Assembly: GCA_002633005.1 (NCBI GenBank)
Contig: NMRA01000069.1
Coordinates: 673,740 to 737,739 of the forward strand
Direction: 5' to 3'
Origin: Phoronis australis
Taxonomy: Eukaryota > Animalia > Phoronida
DNA: 64,000 nucleotides
Under the pieces are notes generated by a model. The model did not search any database. It worked only from the letters and a program-made list of their open reading frames with translations, and was not told the origin of the DNA. Positions 1 through 12,697 of the stretch are shown here, piece by piece (position 1 is the stretch's first letter; every line of letters starts with the position of its first letter). The position numbers and the translations under genes are program-made.

Positions 1-256
1 GTTAAAAGGATGTCGAATTAATCATCAGTTTCAACAATGTGTACTCTGTTTCACTTTATACCCTTTACCCACAGCCATAAAAGCTTTAATTCCGTTACCA
101 ACATTTTGGTATGATATCTGAAATGTTTCTTCTTTAATTTGCGTACTTTTAATAAAGAAATATTATTTTTTATTTTTGTGTCATCAATGGATCCGGTCTC
201 CACCATTTTGTTGTTCTATGAACCGTAGTGGTCTCGAAAACTAAGTTCGTTTGAGT

Positions 257-381
257 ATAACGAAAAGTTGCATATGAGTAGAATGCAATAATAGCAATCG
301 GACAGACAATATTTCAGTTTTGCGTTTCCAAAAGACCCTAAGATCGCTCACAAATGGCACACGTTCTTGCGTCGGACATAG
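257..381 (+). pseudogene. Degenerate THAP zinc-finger remnant (probably DNA-transposon derived)
   Basis: Reads ITKSCI*VECNNSNRTDNISV, then after a frameshift FAFPKDPKIAHKWHTFLRR. This matches the THAP pattern C-x4-C...FP.D....W; it has a stop and a frameshift. Confidence 0.6.
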
Positions 382-1479
382 GTATGACAGTACAATCCTA
401 TACGTTATTGTTCTAAAATCACCTCGACCCCCTTGACCCCCCGCTAACCAGATTTGAATTCAACATTTGAGTTTCCTGATCAACTCGTGGATGACACTAA
501 AACCTTTTATGAAAGTTCCACCATAACCCATGCTCTACAATTAACGAGTCATGCTACCACGTGTTCAGGTTGAAATCGGTGATAGAATCATCTTGGTTAA
601 AACCACTTAATCTTGATTGTTGGCTGCTGCATGTCAAAAGAACAAATTATCAATGTAAGATCCATATACGAGCCTTGTACCAGTAACGGGGACACGTGAA
701 AATCTGAAATTTCCCCAGATGGCTCTATCATTAGCCAAGAAGAAGACCTGTTAAATGCTAACTGCAAATATAAATTAAAAGAATTGCTTGTGCAAAAATG
801 TGCTTGTGTTGATAGTCAGGCATGCCATGTTGCGAGCTGTGTGACTGTCCAGATTGAGCAACACGGTGTCTCAGTTTTTGTTGACGATGATGATGGTGTT
901 AACGCATCGAAGCCACTTGTCAAGCGTGTGCTATGTTGTTAAGTATTTTAAAAACTGAAGCATTATGTCGTGTTCATTGTGTTTATTGAGACTGTTAGAA
1001 ATGTATTCAGTGTCACCTCTCCGCGCTGGTTCGCAATGACCGACATTGTGGTTAATGAAAATTATGGCAATATTGTAACGAAGAAGCATTGGAAATGTTA
1101 CGTTATCCTTATTTTTTATTTAGATGTGAAATCTTTATCAAGTTCCAAATGGTTAAAAATATTGTTGTTTTGATATGAGCTCAGATTATACTAGTATGTT
1201 TTTCGGACAACAGTAGACGCTGCTGAAAAATTTATTTTTCCTTTTTTAAAACTTTTTCCAACTAATTGCATAATATTTATCACTTTTCATGTCTAGTAAT
1301 TTCAAATGAACAAAACCAAGTCAAATTATGATTCACTTTTGGTAAGCTGGTTTTTAAAGAATGGGTTTTCTATGCCAAATTTTGTAAAAATTTCACTAAT
1401 TGAAAACTGAGAACAGTCATTAATTTCAGTGTGTTCGGGAAGAGTTAACTTATACTAATTAATTTCTCTTTGATGTGGT

Positions 1480-2150
1480 GCTAAATAATATAAGAAAATG
1501 ACAATTCCCTTCTCAATCAATAAAAAGAAGCAAAACCGTACTAAACAAAATGACCTGGAAAGGTGCATTGAGTCTTTAAATATTTAATTTACAACAGAAA
1601 TTTTCTAAGAAGGCGAGAAATAGTTTCTGAAACTAACCACTGAATTAGACAATGTTGTGAGGAATATATTAAAGGGGAAACGTTAAGAGCTGGTTGTAGA
1701 TGGATTGAAGACGGAGAAAAAGCACCAGAATAATTTTGTCATCAGGAAAAAAGAAATGACACCAGAAGAACAGTAACAAAGATTGTTACTCAACCTGGCA
1801 GGACAATAACTACCCAGGAGGAAATACTTGACGAAATTAAAACATTTAACGAACATCTGTATGATGAGAGTGGTCATTTTTCGGCAAATATAGAAATTGA
1901 TACAATAATACGTGATTACAGTATATCAAAAGTAACAAAAGATCCAAACGAATTTTCAAACTGGGAAATTTTATAGGCAGAACTGGAAATGTTTTAAAAT
2001 TCGAGAAAAGGGGATAAAAGTCCTGGAATTGACGGTTTGACGGTGGAATTTTATAGATTGTTTTAAAGAGCTGGGACCTCTTATTCTTCGTTCATTTAAG
2101 CTCAACTTTTTCACAGGGATGCTAAAATGTCTCAAAAACGTGCAAGGTAA
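1480..2150 (+). mobile_element. Decayed L1/Tx1-type LINE ORF2 fragment
   Basis: Fragments RAGCRWIEDGEK (~1686-1721) and KSPGIDGLTVEFYRLF...ELGPLILRSF (~2016-2097), typical of the region before the RT domain in L1/Tx1; many frameshifts and stops. Confidence 0.7.
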
Positions 2151-2562
2151 ACCTTGGGAACTTTTCAGATTCTTAAACTACATCACCATCAAGATTTTAT
2201 TGCCCCCCCCCCCCAACTTAGCCATTGGAGTTATCTCCTGGACTTCCTAGAGTTGCATGAACTATGGCCTATCAGTCTGTTTGTGTTCAAGATTTCTTGA
2301 GAATTAATGCATGTTATCGACATAAACATCAGTGTCCAATAGTAGAAAATGGAATGTAGATGCCACGCAAATAGTATGTCACGACCGTATCCGGCATGGT
2401 CGTTGTTGAAGAAGAAATGAAATCAGTGTTGTGAAGGCATAAAGGTGTTTGTTATCTTGATTCGATGTCGTTGGTCCTTGCTCGTCTGAGTGTGTATGAC
2501 GTATGTATGTAGTATCACGTGACTGAGGAATTCTGGGAACCGCCGGAAGATACTTTATCTGG

Positions 2563-2701
2563 CGTGCGTTCAGTAACGCTAGGACCTACGCTAGGACCTA
2601 ACTAAAATCAAGTCAAAGTCACGTGTTCCAATTTGAAATACACGGCAATGTCTCGCGAAGTCTTGCTTTCTAGCGAGGTCCTAGCGCTACTGAACGGGAG
2701 G
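2563..2701. mobile_element. MITE family A, copy 1
   Basis: Inverted ends gttcagtaacgctaggacct / aggtcctagcgctactgaac; flanking direct repeat ctgg (2559-2562, 2702-2705); homologous to 10609-10758. Confidence 0.8.
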
Positions 2702-5700
2702 CTGGTTTTCTTGCGTTTCATCCTTCGTGGCAGAAGGATGTGTTCTCAGCGTATATCTTGAAGTTACAAGAATATCAAGGAATGAATGAGGGTGAACAGC
2801 ACTGCAGAAATCTCCTAGCTACAAACTATAACACTTGGCGTAGTTGGCAGTCACTACGGGCAGTGCGCTTTGCTTGTTTTTTTTCACCGGTGTGGTTGGT
2901 AGAGTTCTCGCGCGAATGTACATATTTTCATGTACTATCATTTTCTTGTTTGTACATTACCCAGTTGTTTATTGAGTTTGTTTTTGTTTTTCTCACATGG
3001 TATTTAATTGTACTATTTAGTATTTTTTTCAGTAGTTTGTCTTGAGTCTTTCAGTTCCTCTTGAAGACCACTGACCATGTCTTCCAAGATTCTAATGATT
3101 TCCTGTGACGCCACAACACATCCTAGAACTTCCGGGTATGACTACTAATGCTGCTGCAGCAATTATCGACTTAAAGTCCTGGTCTCAAACTGCCCATGTG
3201 GTTCCAGTATCCGAAAATACTTACTAAATAAAATCTTATTTTCTACACCCTTTCTTTATATTCGTTTCGAAAGCGACGTTTTAACAGTATTTGACCCTTC
3301 TCTGTGAGCGTATAATTACCGGTTGTCATCGGTTATTTCCGTACCCACACCTACGGCTCATCAGTTCAGGAACTGGTCCTGAACGCCGACATTTTTTGTA
3401 ACTGAATGTGCTATCGCTTGCTCGAAAAATCTTCATTATTTTGTTTTATAATATAATATCTCGTGATTCGTTTGTATATGTAGTGTATTTATAGTTTGTA
3501 GTTAGTGGTCGTTGAATTTTTTGGAAGGTTACGCATACTTATTATGTTAAAATAGCATTGGTGTTTAGTTCCTAACGTAGGGCGGTCGAACCTAGGTACC
3601 AGTATGAGTTCGTGTTGATTTTTTTCGTTTTGAAAATGTACTATGCTATCATCGGAAAGGTAGTGCATTCTACTCAGTAAAAATCGGGGTAAACAAAGTA
3701 AAGTTATTGCAATGTTTGTGGCGAAATTTGGATCACTTTGTTTGGATCGGGTCGGCCATGCTGGAGGACAGCGGGATAAGTTACGAGTTTAAAACTTTGT
3801 GTAAATTGTTTTCGCCAATGAGTACGGTGAAATTTAGTGAGACATATCTTACTTACTATTATGCACGATTCAACAGTGTTCACCAAATTTCAGCCTCGCA
3901 GTTGTTACTCATTAAGTGATGAATGTGCTCACAATTCCCGTTGGACGTCTCATTTCTGGCGGCACCGACAACTTGGCGATTTTTGCTGAACTGTTACTTT
4001 CAACCTGTTAATTTGTAATTTGTGAAAATTTAACGTTGGTACATTTTGGAAAACGTTGCTACAAAATAAGAACTTTGTTCAATTTTCGTGTTTTTTGATG
4101 CAAACATATAAGATATATTCGAATTATTTTACTGTGAATGTCCCATTCAGGTGATCTTACACTAAGCTAAAAAAATAGATGAAATAAATTTGAATTAGTT
4201 TTTTGTTTGACTGTCAACTGCTGTTGAAGGCCTGATTAGGTGTCACAAAATGATTCATATTTTTCTAAATTTTAAGTCTCAATTGCTTTCAAGTCATGTT
4301 TTGTAACTTATTGCTTCTTAATTCAAGTTGTCAAGTCAACAATATGAATAATCTTAATTTGAGAAATTAGCTACGTTGGATTGTGAAGCTTCAAGTCTCC
4401 AATTCATGTTCCTTGCAACTTCATATTTTTTAATCATGCTTGTCAAATTCTGGTGAAAGGAAACACTATTCGGTCACCATGGTAATAATTACATGTATAT
4501 CCACTTTCATATCATGAAAACTTTTGCTGTTGAATAGTGTTTGTAGTGCTAAAGGTTGTAAAGTATTGTGCATTTTAAGTTACTTACTATGTTAAAGGGT
4601 TGAATCATTTTGGCTTAATGAATAAAAAATGATAACATTTTGTATTGAACTTATCATACTTTTGTGCTCCAACGAGCCCCCTATTTGGAGAAATGGAAAA
4701 AACGTCTGCCTCAGTCAGAGAACCATGAACTCCGAAAAAAGTAAAAACGAGACAATATTTCACTAGAAAACAGGAAGTGCCAAAATTTAGCGTCTGCACT
4801 TCATAGCTCTGAACATACCCAGTGAATTTTATAATAAAAGATAGACATTCCCAAAAATTTCAGCCCTCCCCCCCATTTTTTAAGCTTGGAGCGCTCATAC
4901 AAAGACTGGGAAAATCTTTTTGAGAGCCAACAACTTTGCACAGTTCGCCAGAAGTACCCAAGTTCTAAATAAACCTCCTTTGAGCGAGCGCTGTGGCCAG
5001 TGACCAGGTAGGCATAAGGGTAGCCTTGTCGCAAAGCTGTATAGGCCTACTAACAAGCTGTAGTTAGTCTTCGTACTGGTAGCTGGCACTGAGGCTAGCT
5101 AAGGGCTGCCGCGGCAGTGTGACACAGGACAAACCAGCCCGTAATTTTACGCAAGTGTCTGAAACTACCTTTGAATATATACGACATTTATGATTTGAAC
5201 ATTTTACTTCTACAAAACAGCTTACAACCGCATGCCTTTACCGTTCGCCAGTGTCTGGTCTCGATCCGCACCGGGTCCGATAAGCTGCGTCCCGAGTCCG
5301 GCAAAATAACTTCTGTCAAAATTTATACGCTACATTTCTCCAGCAAACTTGATAGAATTGTCCGTATTTTGATTTTATTAAATTTAAGGCGCTGTCGATT
5401 ATTTTATCCCCATTGGCAAGACGGTAACAGGCACTCGTCCATTCACACTGACGGCGTTTTCTTAGCCTGGGTTCCTGAATGAATTGTTCTTCCGGGTTCG
5501 CGGTAAGTTCAAAATGGCGGTGGTTCTTCGGGTGCGAATCGTGAGTGGCGCGTTCATTTAAACTTTTCTCGAGTACGGATCGTGTGTTAGTTATGGGGTA
5601 GGTACTTATTGGATCCTTATAACATCCTCTAACCATGTAATAAGGGTTAACAACGAGTGAGACCAGGACTTTAAAGACAACGCCAGGGATTACTCCTGAG

Positions 5701-6129
5701 CATAAAATTAAAATACATTCCGCTTAGAGGCCGACCAGGACGATGCAAAACACACATCGGTTTCTCCATCCCGACAGGTCTGCCTGAGGATTTGGTTGAA
5801 GCTGTAGAATTGGTCGACTACTATCGTAAGAAAACGCCATCTCAAGTAGTATCAACTCCTTATTTTTTCCCAAAATTGTGCCTAAACATACTCCTTCCAA
5901 ATTGAGTATTTCTAGCGGTGGTGCTTATGCGAAGACACTCTCTTCTTTGCATACTAGCATGTCACCAAAATCTTCGAGGTTATCGACTAATTACCTGCAA
6001 AGCGCTATGCTCTAACTTTCAGCGATAAGCTAGGCAGCTGGGAAATTTTTTATGGAAGTTTAACAATGTCGCCCGGGAAAATTGTTGGCCTAGACAGAAG
6101 TTCCATACTTAGTTAGGTGTGTGTTAATC

Positions 6130-6545
6130 ACTGTTTAGAGGGGGATGCTTCTCGGTCATTCGCCAACCATAATAAAGCTTATCCAAATGCATCTTATGAC
6201 CTGAAAAAGAAATGTTTTATCGCTTTTGGTGCTGAGGTCGAGAGCAACAACGTGCACCAGCTAAGATTTCAGTCAGCCAAACAAGCTCATGATGAATTGC
6301 TTGAGAGATCTGTTGACCGGTGAACGAGTTTATTCTTACTAGCCTTTCCAGATACCTGGTATTCTGACAAAGGTCAGGTTGTCCTTCGCTTCTGTTTGGG
6401 TTTAAAGGGCCGAGATGTTGCGCAGTGGACAATTAGCAGCATACTGGAGTAAGTCATGGGGGCTTTGAATGTCACAAGATGGTTTTCAACCACCAAAGAC
6501 CTTATGCTATATTCAAAACCAACTAAAATCGTTTCTTTCTGTAGG
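6130..6545 (-). pseudogene. Possible decayed SGNH-esterase-type LINE ORF1
   Basis: Minus strand reads ETILVGFEYSIRSL...LLIVHCATS, with a frameshifted D..HP-like motif further on. This loosely echoes the GDS / IHVGTND / DxxH blocks; weak. Confidence 0.25.
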
Positions 6546-8229
6546 GACGTCAGAGGAAAAGTAAGAAGTCACGGATCGTCAGTTGAAAAAGAAGCCAGCT
6601 CTAAGGTTCATTCTTCGTGGCTTTTTAGAGTCCCGTTTAGATGCTCTTGAGGTCAGGTTCAGTACATCAGATGGTTCAGTTTTGTTCCTTAAGACTGACA
6701 ACGCTAAACTTAATTAGAAAATGGATGGTTGAAGTCTGACCTTTCTGAAACCCGTGTTGAAGTGTCAGACAGTTTTAACAACTTGTTTGCAATGTTTCAG
6801 GCACAGTCAACGAAGCGGCCTTCTCCATCTTCACCGAGAGCTTCGTCACATTCATTTCCTGGAAGATACTCTAATCTTCTTAAGGTGTTCCTGGTGCGGA
6901 AACCTGGGTCATTACAAACTGTCGGCTGGACTGATTTTCCGTGGTGACGAAGATTTAAACGAGTAGGGACTGGGGGGGGGCAGGGGTCTGCCGCCAGTCC
7001 GTACCAAATCCAAAGACCTCACTGATAGCAGGAAAATAGTTGGTCTGTTGGGTTACAAGAAGAAGCACATGAGTAATTCTTCTAGTCCTTGTAGCTCAAC
7101 CAATAGTTCAGTCTTTAAAATTAAAACTAGCAAATCATTTGCTCAGACTGGTGAGTTCTCTGTTGCTTTAGCCGATGAAGCCATGTCTATACATATTTCT
7201 GCTAATGTTGCAAAAGTTTCAGACTCATTGGCACCTTGTGTTGTGCCTAAAGTCTTTGATCCTTAGGAAGTTAGAGGTAATGTTTCGACTGACCTCTCAC
7301 CAACTTCAGGAGCTGTCTTAACTGAGGCGTTTGGTTTGGATGTTTGCGTAAACCCCACTACATCAGCTGGTGAGGCTCTAAAGGAAACAGAAGAGATAAG
7401 GAAAACTGCTTCCGGGAGCATGTAATACGTATCGCTCATCATCGACGGTACGAGTATCAATGAAGTTATCGATTTGGGGCAGATAGTACAATGAGGTGTT
7501 TTATCATAACATCAAACAAAACTCAACAAGTATAAAACAGAATAAGAAAAATTTAACAAAACAAGCAACAGCAAGGTAGTATAGCTGTGATTTTAGACCT
7601 TGGGGAAACAGAGCAGACCTACCCGCGAACGGGTATCCCTGCATCAGGTTTCAAGCTTTGACCTAAATGACAAAAATCGTAATTTAGACGAGATTCAAAG
7701 GTAGTAAAGGTAACTATTTGTTTCTGCAACGCGAAATACTGAAAACTAACTCTAAAACAAAGCTACAAGGGCTACAAGAATATCATGGAGGGAGTAAAGG
7801 TGAGTAGTACCGTAGACATTTGCTCACTACAAACTGCAACAGGAATATGGCCGCGATTTAAGATCGGGCAATGCCAGTGAGGGTAAAAACTCCGGTTAGA
7901 TTTACAGATCGAGGCATATATTACTCGACACTAAAGTGGTTAGAAAAGTAAATCGGGATTCAATACAAGGCTTTTAATCACCACTCTGAAATCAGGACTG
8001 TCGGCAAACTGAGTACGTTCCGACTCCTCTTCACTCGGCAAAGACACCGGTGCGAGAGGATTGAGTTCGTACGGCTTCAAACAATGTCTGCCTTTATGTG
8101 ACAACTTCTAACGCATTACCTGTTTCGCTATAGTCTGAGGTGGCAGCTCACTGCTTTGCTACTGCAATGTATCTGGAACAACTGTATTGTTTCCGCATCG
8201 TGTGGGTCCGTGCTCCCAACCAGAGAAGC

Positions 8230-8400
8230 ACTATGGCAACGTGTGAGGCTCTTAATGTGACACAACACCTACTCGCTGAATCTGCTACAGATAACATTGA
8301 GGTTCTTTATGGTAGTGAGCAAGAAATAGGTATAGCTGCAATAACAGAAACGTGGCTCAAATAAGACGATGATCCGGATCTCAGTGTTATCTCCGCAATT
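8230..8400 (+). mobile_element. Short APE endonuclease fragment of a LINE
   Basis: LNV...IGIAAITETWLK* motif (ORF 8140-8364). Confidence 0.6.
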
Positions 8401-8477
8401 TTTAATTTTAGTGACTCGCGAATGCTAACGAATCAACTCGGTCAGTCTATGACAGTAACCTAAGTGACCACGGACCA

Positions 8478-8704
8478 CATGCGCGCACCCAGCCTTTGAT
8501 ATGGGGGGGCTCGAATTCCTAACGTTGTGGACCTTAAAAGAACGGGCGCATCACTGTGACTTGCTCGTTTTTCATTGCTTGTTTAGGGGGCTTTTGTCTC
8601 ATTTTCTCGGACTTGTTGTTTGTCACAGGCGGACTTTTTTGCCCACTTCGCCAAATGGGGGGTCGTTCGAGCCTCCGAGCCCCCCCCCCCCGGGTGCGCG
8701 CATG
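8478..8704. mobile_element. MITE family B, copy 1 (hAT-like termini)
   Basis: TIR catgcgcgcaccc / gggtgcgcgcatg; flanks gacca/gacct; homologous to 14575-14832. Confidence 0.75.
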
Positions 8705-9029
8705 GACCTGATAATTTACGTGATTTAAATTACGCTAAAGGTCTTTGTATTAGCACCCTAAATATAGGCCTAGTGTCGCTCACTGACCGCATCGATGATC
8801 TGCGTTTTATTATGAGTCAAAACCCCATCGATATTCTGTGTTTGAATGAAACACGGCTCTCTTCTATCATCGATGATTTCGAGATCGCCATCGACAGCTT
8901 TGAACTGAATAGAAACGATCGTAACCGACAAGATGGTGGTGTTGCCATTTACACGAAAGAAGGGTTGACTAGCCGTCAGCTCCAGCACTATGACGACCAT
9001 ATGGAATCGCACTGGGTTGAGATTGACAT

Positions 9030-9566
9030 GGATTGTTCTAAAATCCCCTCGACCCCCACACCCCACGACCCCCTCGACCAACGACCTTCTCGACCCACAA
9101 CCCCTAGGACCTGTGGCAATAGAGTTATCTTTGTGCTTCTTACTCATTTCATAATCACATTACGTCGATGAATTAGTTTACTTGTTCGACACTTGGTGTC
9201 TCTGCTGTGGTCTAGCTAAGGATTGTGGGGTAATAAAAACACGGTTGTTGCCAGACGTGGCTAGTTTTCTCTCTGAATTTACTAACCAAGTTACCGCAGT
9301 TGCTTTTTCTGCAGTTTGCTTTTTACACTTGCCGAATCGACTCTCTTAATTGTAAACGAAAACGGGAAAAGCCAGCAGAGCTCACGACCAAACTCGTTGG
9401 TCCTGCAAGTCAGCACTTGTTTTATGCTCAGGTCGAGTCGAGCTTGTTATTGTGTAGGGTGGGTCGAAGGGGTTGTGGGTCGTGGGTTGAGGGAGTCTTG
9501 GGTCGAAGGGGTCGTGGGTCGAGGGGGTCGTGGAGTGTGGGGGTCAAGGGTATTTTGGAACAATCC
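9030..9566. mobile_element. Non-autonomous Mutator (MULE)-like element
   Basis: Long TIRs ggattgttctaaaatcccctcgacccccacac... / ...gtgtgggggtcaagggtattttggaacaatcc. 9-bp TSD gattgacat/aattggcat (2 mismatches). Removing it restores the host LINE peptide WVEIDIPKTKS*IIGSVYRPP. Confidence 0.85.
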
Positions 9567-10608
9567 AATTGGCATCCCTAAAACGAAGAGCTGAATTATT
9601 GGATCAGTCTACAGACCACCCTCTGAGAACGAAGAGTAGGCCTACACAGAAAAAATGAGTGAACATTTAATGAGTACTATTCTTGACCAAGCTCACACTA
9701 GCAAAGATTTTGTTGTTACTGCTGATTTCAATTACGATGCATTGCGTAAGAAGACAGTGGATAAAATCAAGGCATGGGAGCCAGAGTTGGGTATGCAGAC
9801 ACGCCCACATGAGTTCGGACAAAACCACATGGTTTGAACTTAATTTTGTATCAAACTTTGGCAAAGTTTGTCTACATGGATGTAATAAAGAACTCGACTT
9901 AAATAAAGTTTTATTCGAAACAGTCTTACAACTTAATTCTTTTTAATAATCTCTTTGTGTGAGTCAATAACATCCCATACATGTGCTTATTTTCGAGCAA
10001 TCACTTTGACTGTAATATAAATTATTGTTTATGAAAACGATTTGTAATCATATTTATAATTAAAACATGTCATTGTAATCTTAACATCAGTGTGTCAGTT
10101 TATGTATTTGTGTATAATTATACATAGATGTCTTTGTATTGTACTATTTAGCCCAGATATAATGCCTCATGGCGCTTTCTGGGTCTGTATATTTATTGTA
10201 TTGGATATTTCATAATTAACATTCAAGTTTTTAAGTTGCATAGTATACCCATGAGGATTAGTAATCATAATCTTGTATTAACAGCGTATAAGACTTGTCG
10301 CCATAAATTTCCGCCAAGCCTTCAAATTACAGCTTCGATAACGAGGGCTTTTTCAGAGACCTGCGTGCGATTGATTGGGGCGCTGTTACCACCGCTGTTG
10401 ATCCCGACGTCGCTTGGTATATTTTTAAGCAAAGTTTTACCGTTGTAATTAATAAAAACGTATCCTAGTCTAGTTGAAATTAAAGGGAAAATCACCCCAG
10501 TGGTACAATGATAATTTCATAGCTCTCTTTCGCAAGAGAGGCTACCTGAAGCAAAGTGCTCAGAGTACTCGAAACTCATCTGATTGGGGTATCTTTAAGA
10601 AAGCCAGA

Positions 10609-10758
10609 CGTGCGTCCAGTAACGCTATAGGACCTACGCTAGGACCTGGCTAAAATCTAGCCAAAGTCACGTGTTCTCATTTAAAACACACGGCCATGTC
10701 TCACGTAGTCTCACGAAGTCTCGTTTTTAGCGAGGTCCTAGCGTTACTGAACTGGAGG
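10609..10758. mobile_element. MITE family A, copy 2
   Basis: Same TIRs as 2563-2701; 4-bp TSD caga. Removing it restores the host frame FKKARHKVNMAKGEYY. Confidence 0.85.
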
Positions 10759-10881
10759 CAGACATAAGGTGAACATGGCTAAGGGCGAATATTACGACCA
10801 CGTAATTACTGAAAACAAATCTAAACCTCTCTGGAAAATCATAAAACAATTTTACCTAACAAGTCCAGGTCTCTCGCAAAT

Positions 10882-12697
10882 GAGGAAGGAGGAAACAATA
10901 GCAGTGGCAATTGATCTTGAAGATGCCGATAGCTGAAAAACTGATGAACCTGCTAGTCGATCGTCAGCTGAATCCCCATCTCATTAACTGGGTGCCAAGT
11001 GCTCTAATGAAACGCACGCTTGTGCTACGATTGGAGCAGTGGGTGTCGAATCCAGTTACAGTAACTCCTGGACTTCCACAAGGATCACCACTGTCACCAG
11101 TAATGTACAACATCTACACGAGTCAGCTTGCGAGTATGACTATACCGGGGGGAAGAATACTAACTATCGCAGATGATGCCCTTATATATACAGTAGGCAC
11201 CAACAGAGATGACATGGTTGAGGTTGCGGGAAAGGCTCTGGAGAAGGTCAATGAATGGCGTGATGAATGTAACGCATTTGTGAACCCCGCTAAGGCAGCA
11301 GCGCTCTGGTGTTCTCTGGATAACCACATAGTACGCAAAGACCTGACACAAGTGAGAATAGGGAGAGAGAAAGTGGAAAGAGTACCTGGCCTTAGGTACC
11401 TGGGAACAACGTTTGACAGAACGTTGAGTTACAAAGAGCACGTGAACCGCCTAATTAAGTGGTGCGCACATGGACTATCTGCATTAAAGACCATGACTAC
11501 CTGTAGAGTAGAACAACGCCAGCTATTAATTTTCTTCAAGGAGGTAGTATTGCCAGTCATTGATTACGGTTTGGGCATCATCACAGTATCCAAGACACAA
11601 ATGATGAGATTAGAGAGGATATGGGACACTGGGATGCGAGTTATCCTTTGGATGTACTCTGGACACCCCAGTAGCAGCAATGAGATACATTCTGGGGCTC
11701 TCGAGTGTTGAACAAAGGCACAGACTAGCCCAGGTGAAAGCAATGTTCCGGGTGGCTAAAAACAGGAAACATCTCTTGCATAATCAGTTGGCTGTACCCA
11801 AAGGCACCAGATTAAAGCGTGGCAAAACATGGTTGGCAGCAGCGGAGACCACAGTAGATAGAGTGTGTGAGCTGGATTTGGTTCATAGAGGAGAAGAGTA
11901 CATGAATGTGTATGACAAAACAGCTAGCAGATTCACCAGGGTTGTCATTACTATGGGCCGAGAGTGTCTTGAGAGGGCGGCATGTGCAGTTAACAGTGAA
12001 GTCCTCGAGCTGGTCTATGAAAATTGTAGTGAGGGAGATGCTGTGGTGTACACTGATGGATCGGTTAAAAGAGGAGAAAAATTTGGATGGGGCTATGTGG
12101 TCAATGTGAATGGCAAGATAGTGGCAGAACATGGTGAAGCATATAATCTCACGACATCTAGTATGAAGGTGGAGGAGGTTGCTGCTGAAAAGGCACTTGC
12201 ATGGCTACAGGAAAGCACTCATACCTGCGTAGTTATTGTGAAAGACTCTCAGAGCATGCTGAGAAAAATTGAAAAGGGATATCTCAAACCTGAGTGGCTG
12301 CTGTATTCACAAAGTTGTGGACTGAGAAAGCTGACTTGGATATTCTCCCCTGGGCATGCCGGGGTCGCCGGAAATGAGAAAGCTGACAAGTTAGCGGGAA
12401 ATGCACCAATACAGGGCGCCCTCAGATTGGGAGAGAGTGAGATTCTCGGAGCGCTCAGAGAGATGGAGCCACAGGAGAATGGAGATGCAATTGACAGAAT
12501 GCAACTGTTTGGACATGAGAGAGGCTGTGGTGTTGATAGCCGGTTGCATGGCCTGGCAAGACGACTGTGTAATCAGCAGTTGGTCGGAGTGGTTAGTCAA
12601 AGGACCTTGTCTGACTTGATGACGTGGAAAACCGAGCATCTATGGGTCTGCCCCGAGTGTGACGACGATAGTTCTGCACCCAAGTAATACCCAAGTA
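10882..12697 (+). mobile_element. 5'-truncated I-group (Ingi-like) non-LTR retrotransposon with RT + RNase H
   Basis: RT motifs AVAIDLEDA, GLPQGSPLSPVMYNIY, IADD, RYLGTTFD (ORF 10911-11711). RNase H motifs VVYTDGSV, KDSQS, WIFSPGHAGVAGNEKADKLA (ORF 11680-12687). Ends HLWVCPEC followed by a cccaagta repeat tail. The two ORFs are one gene split by a frameshift. Confidence 0.85.

Noticed and set aside
3290-5650. Possible piggyBac/hAT-like DNA element ends (ttgaccctt, aagggttga, aagggttaa)
   Set aside because: Could not pair TIRs with a TSD or read transposase motifs convincingly.
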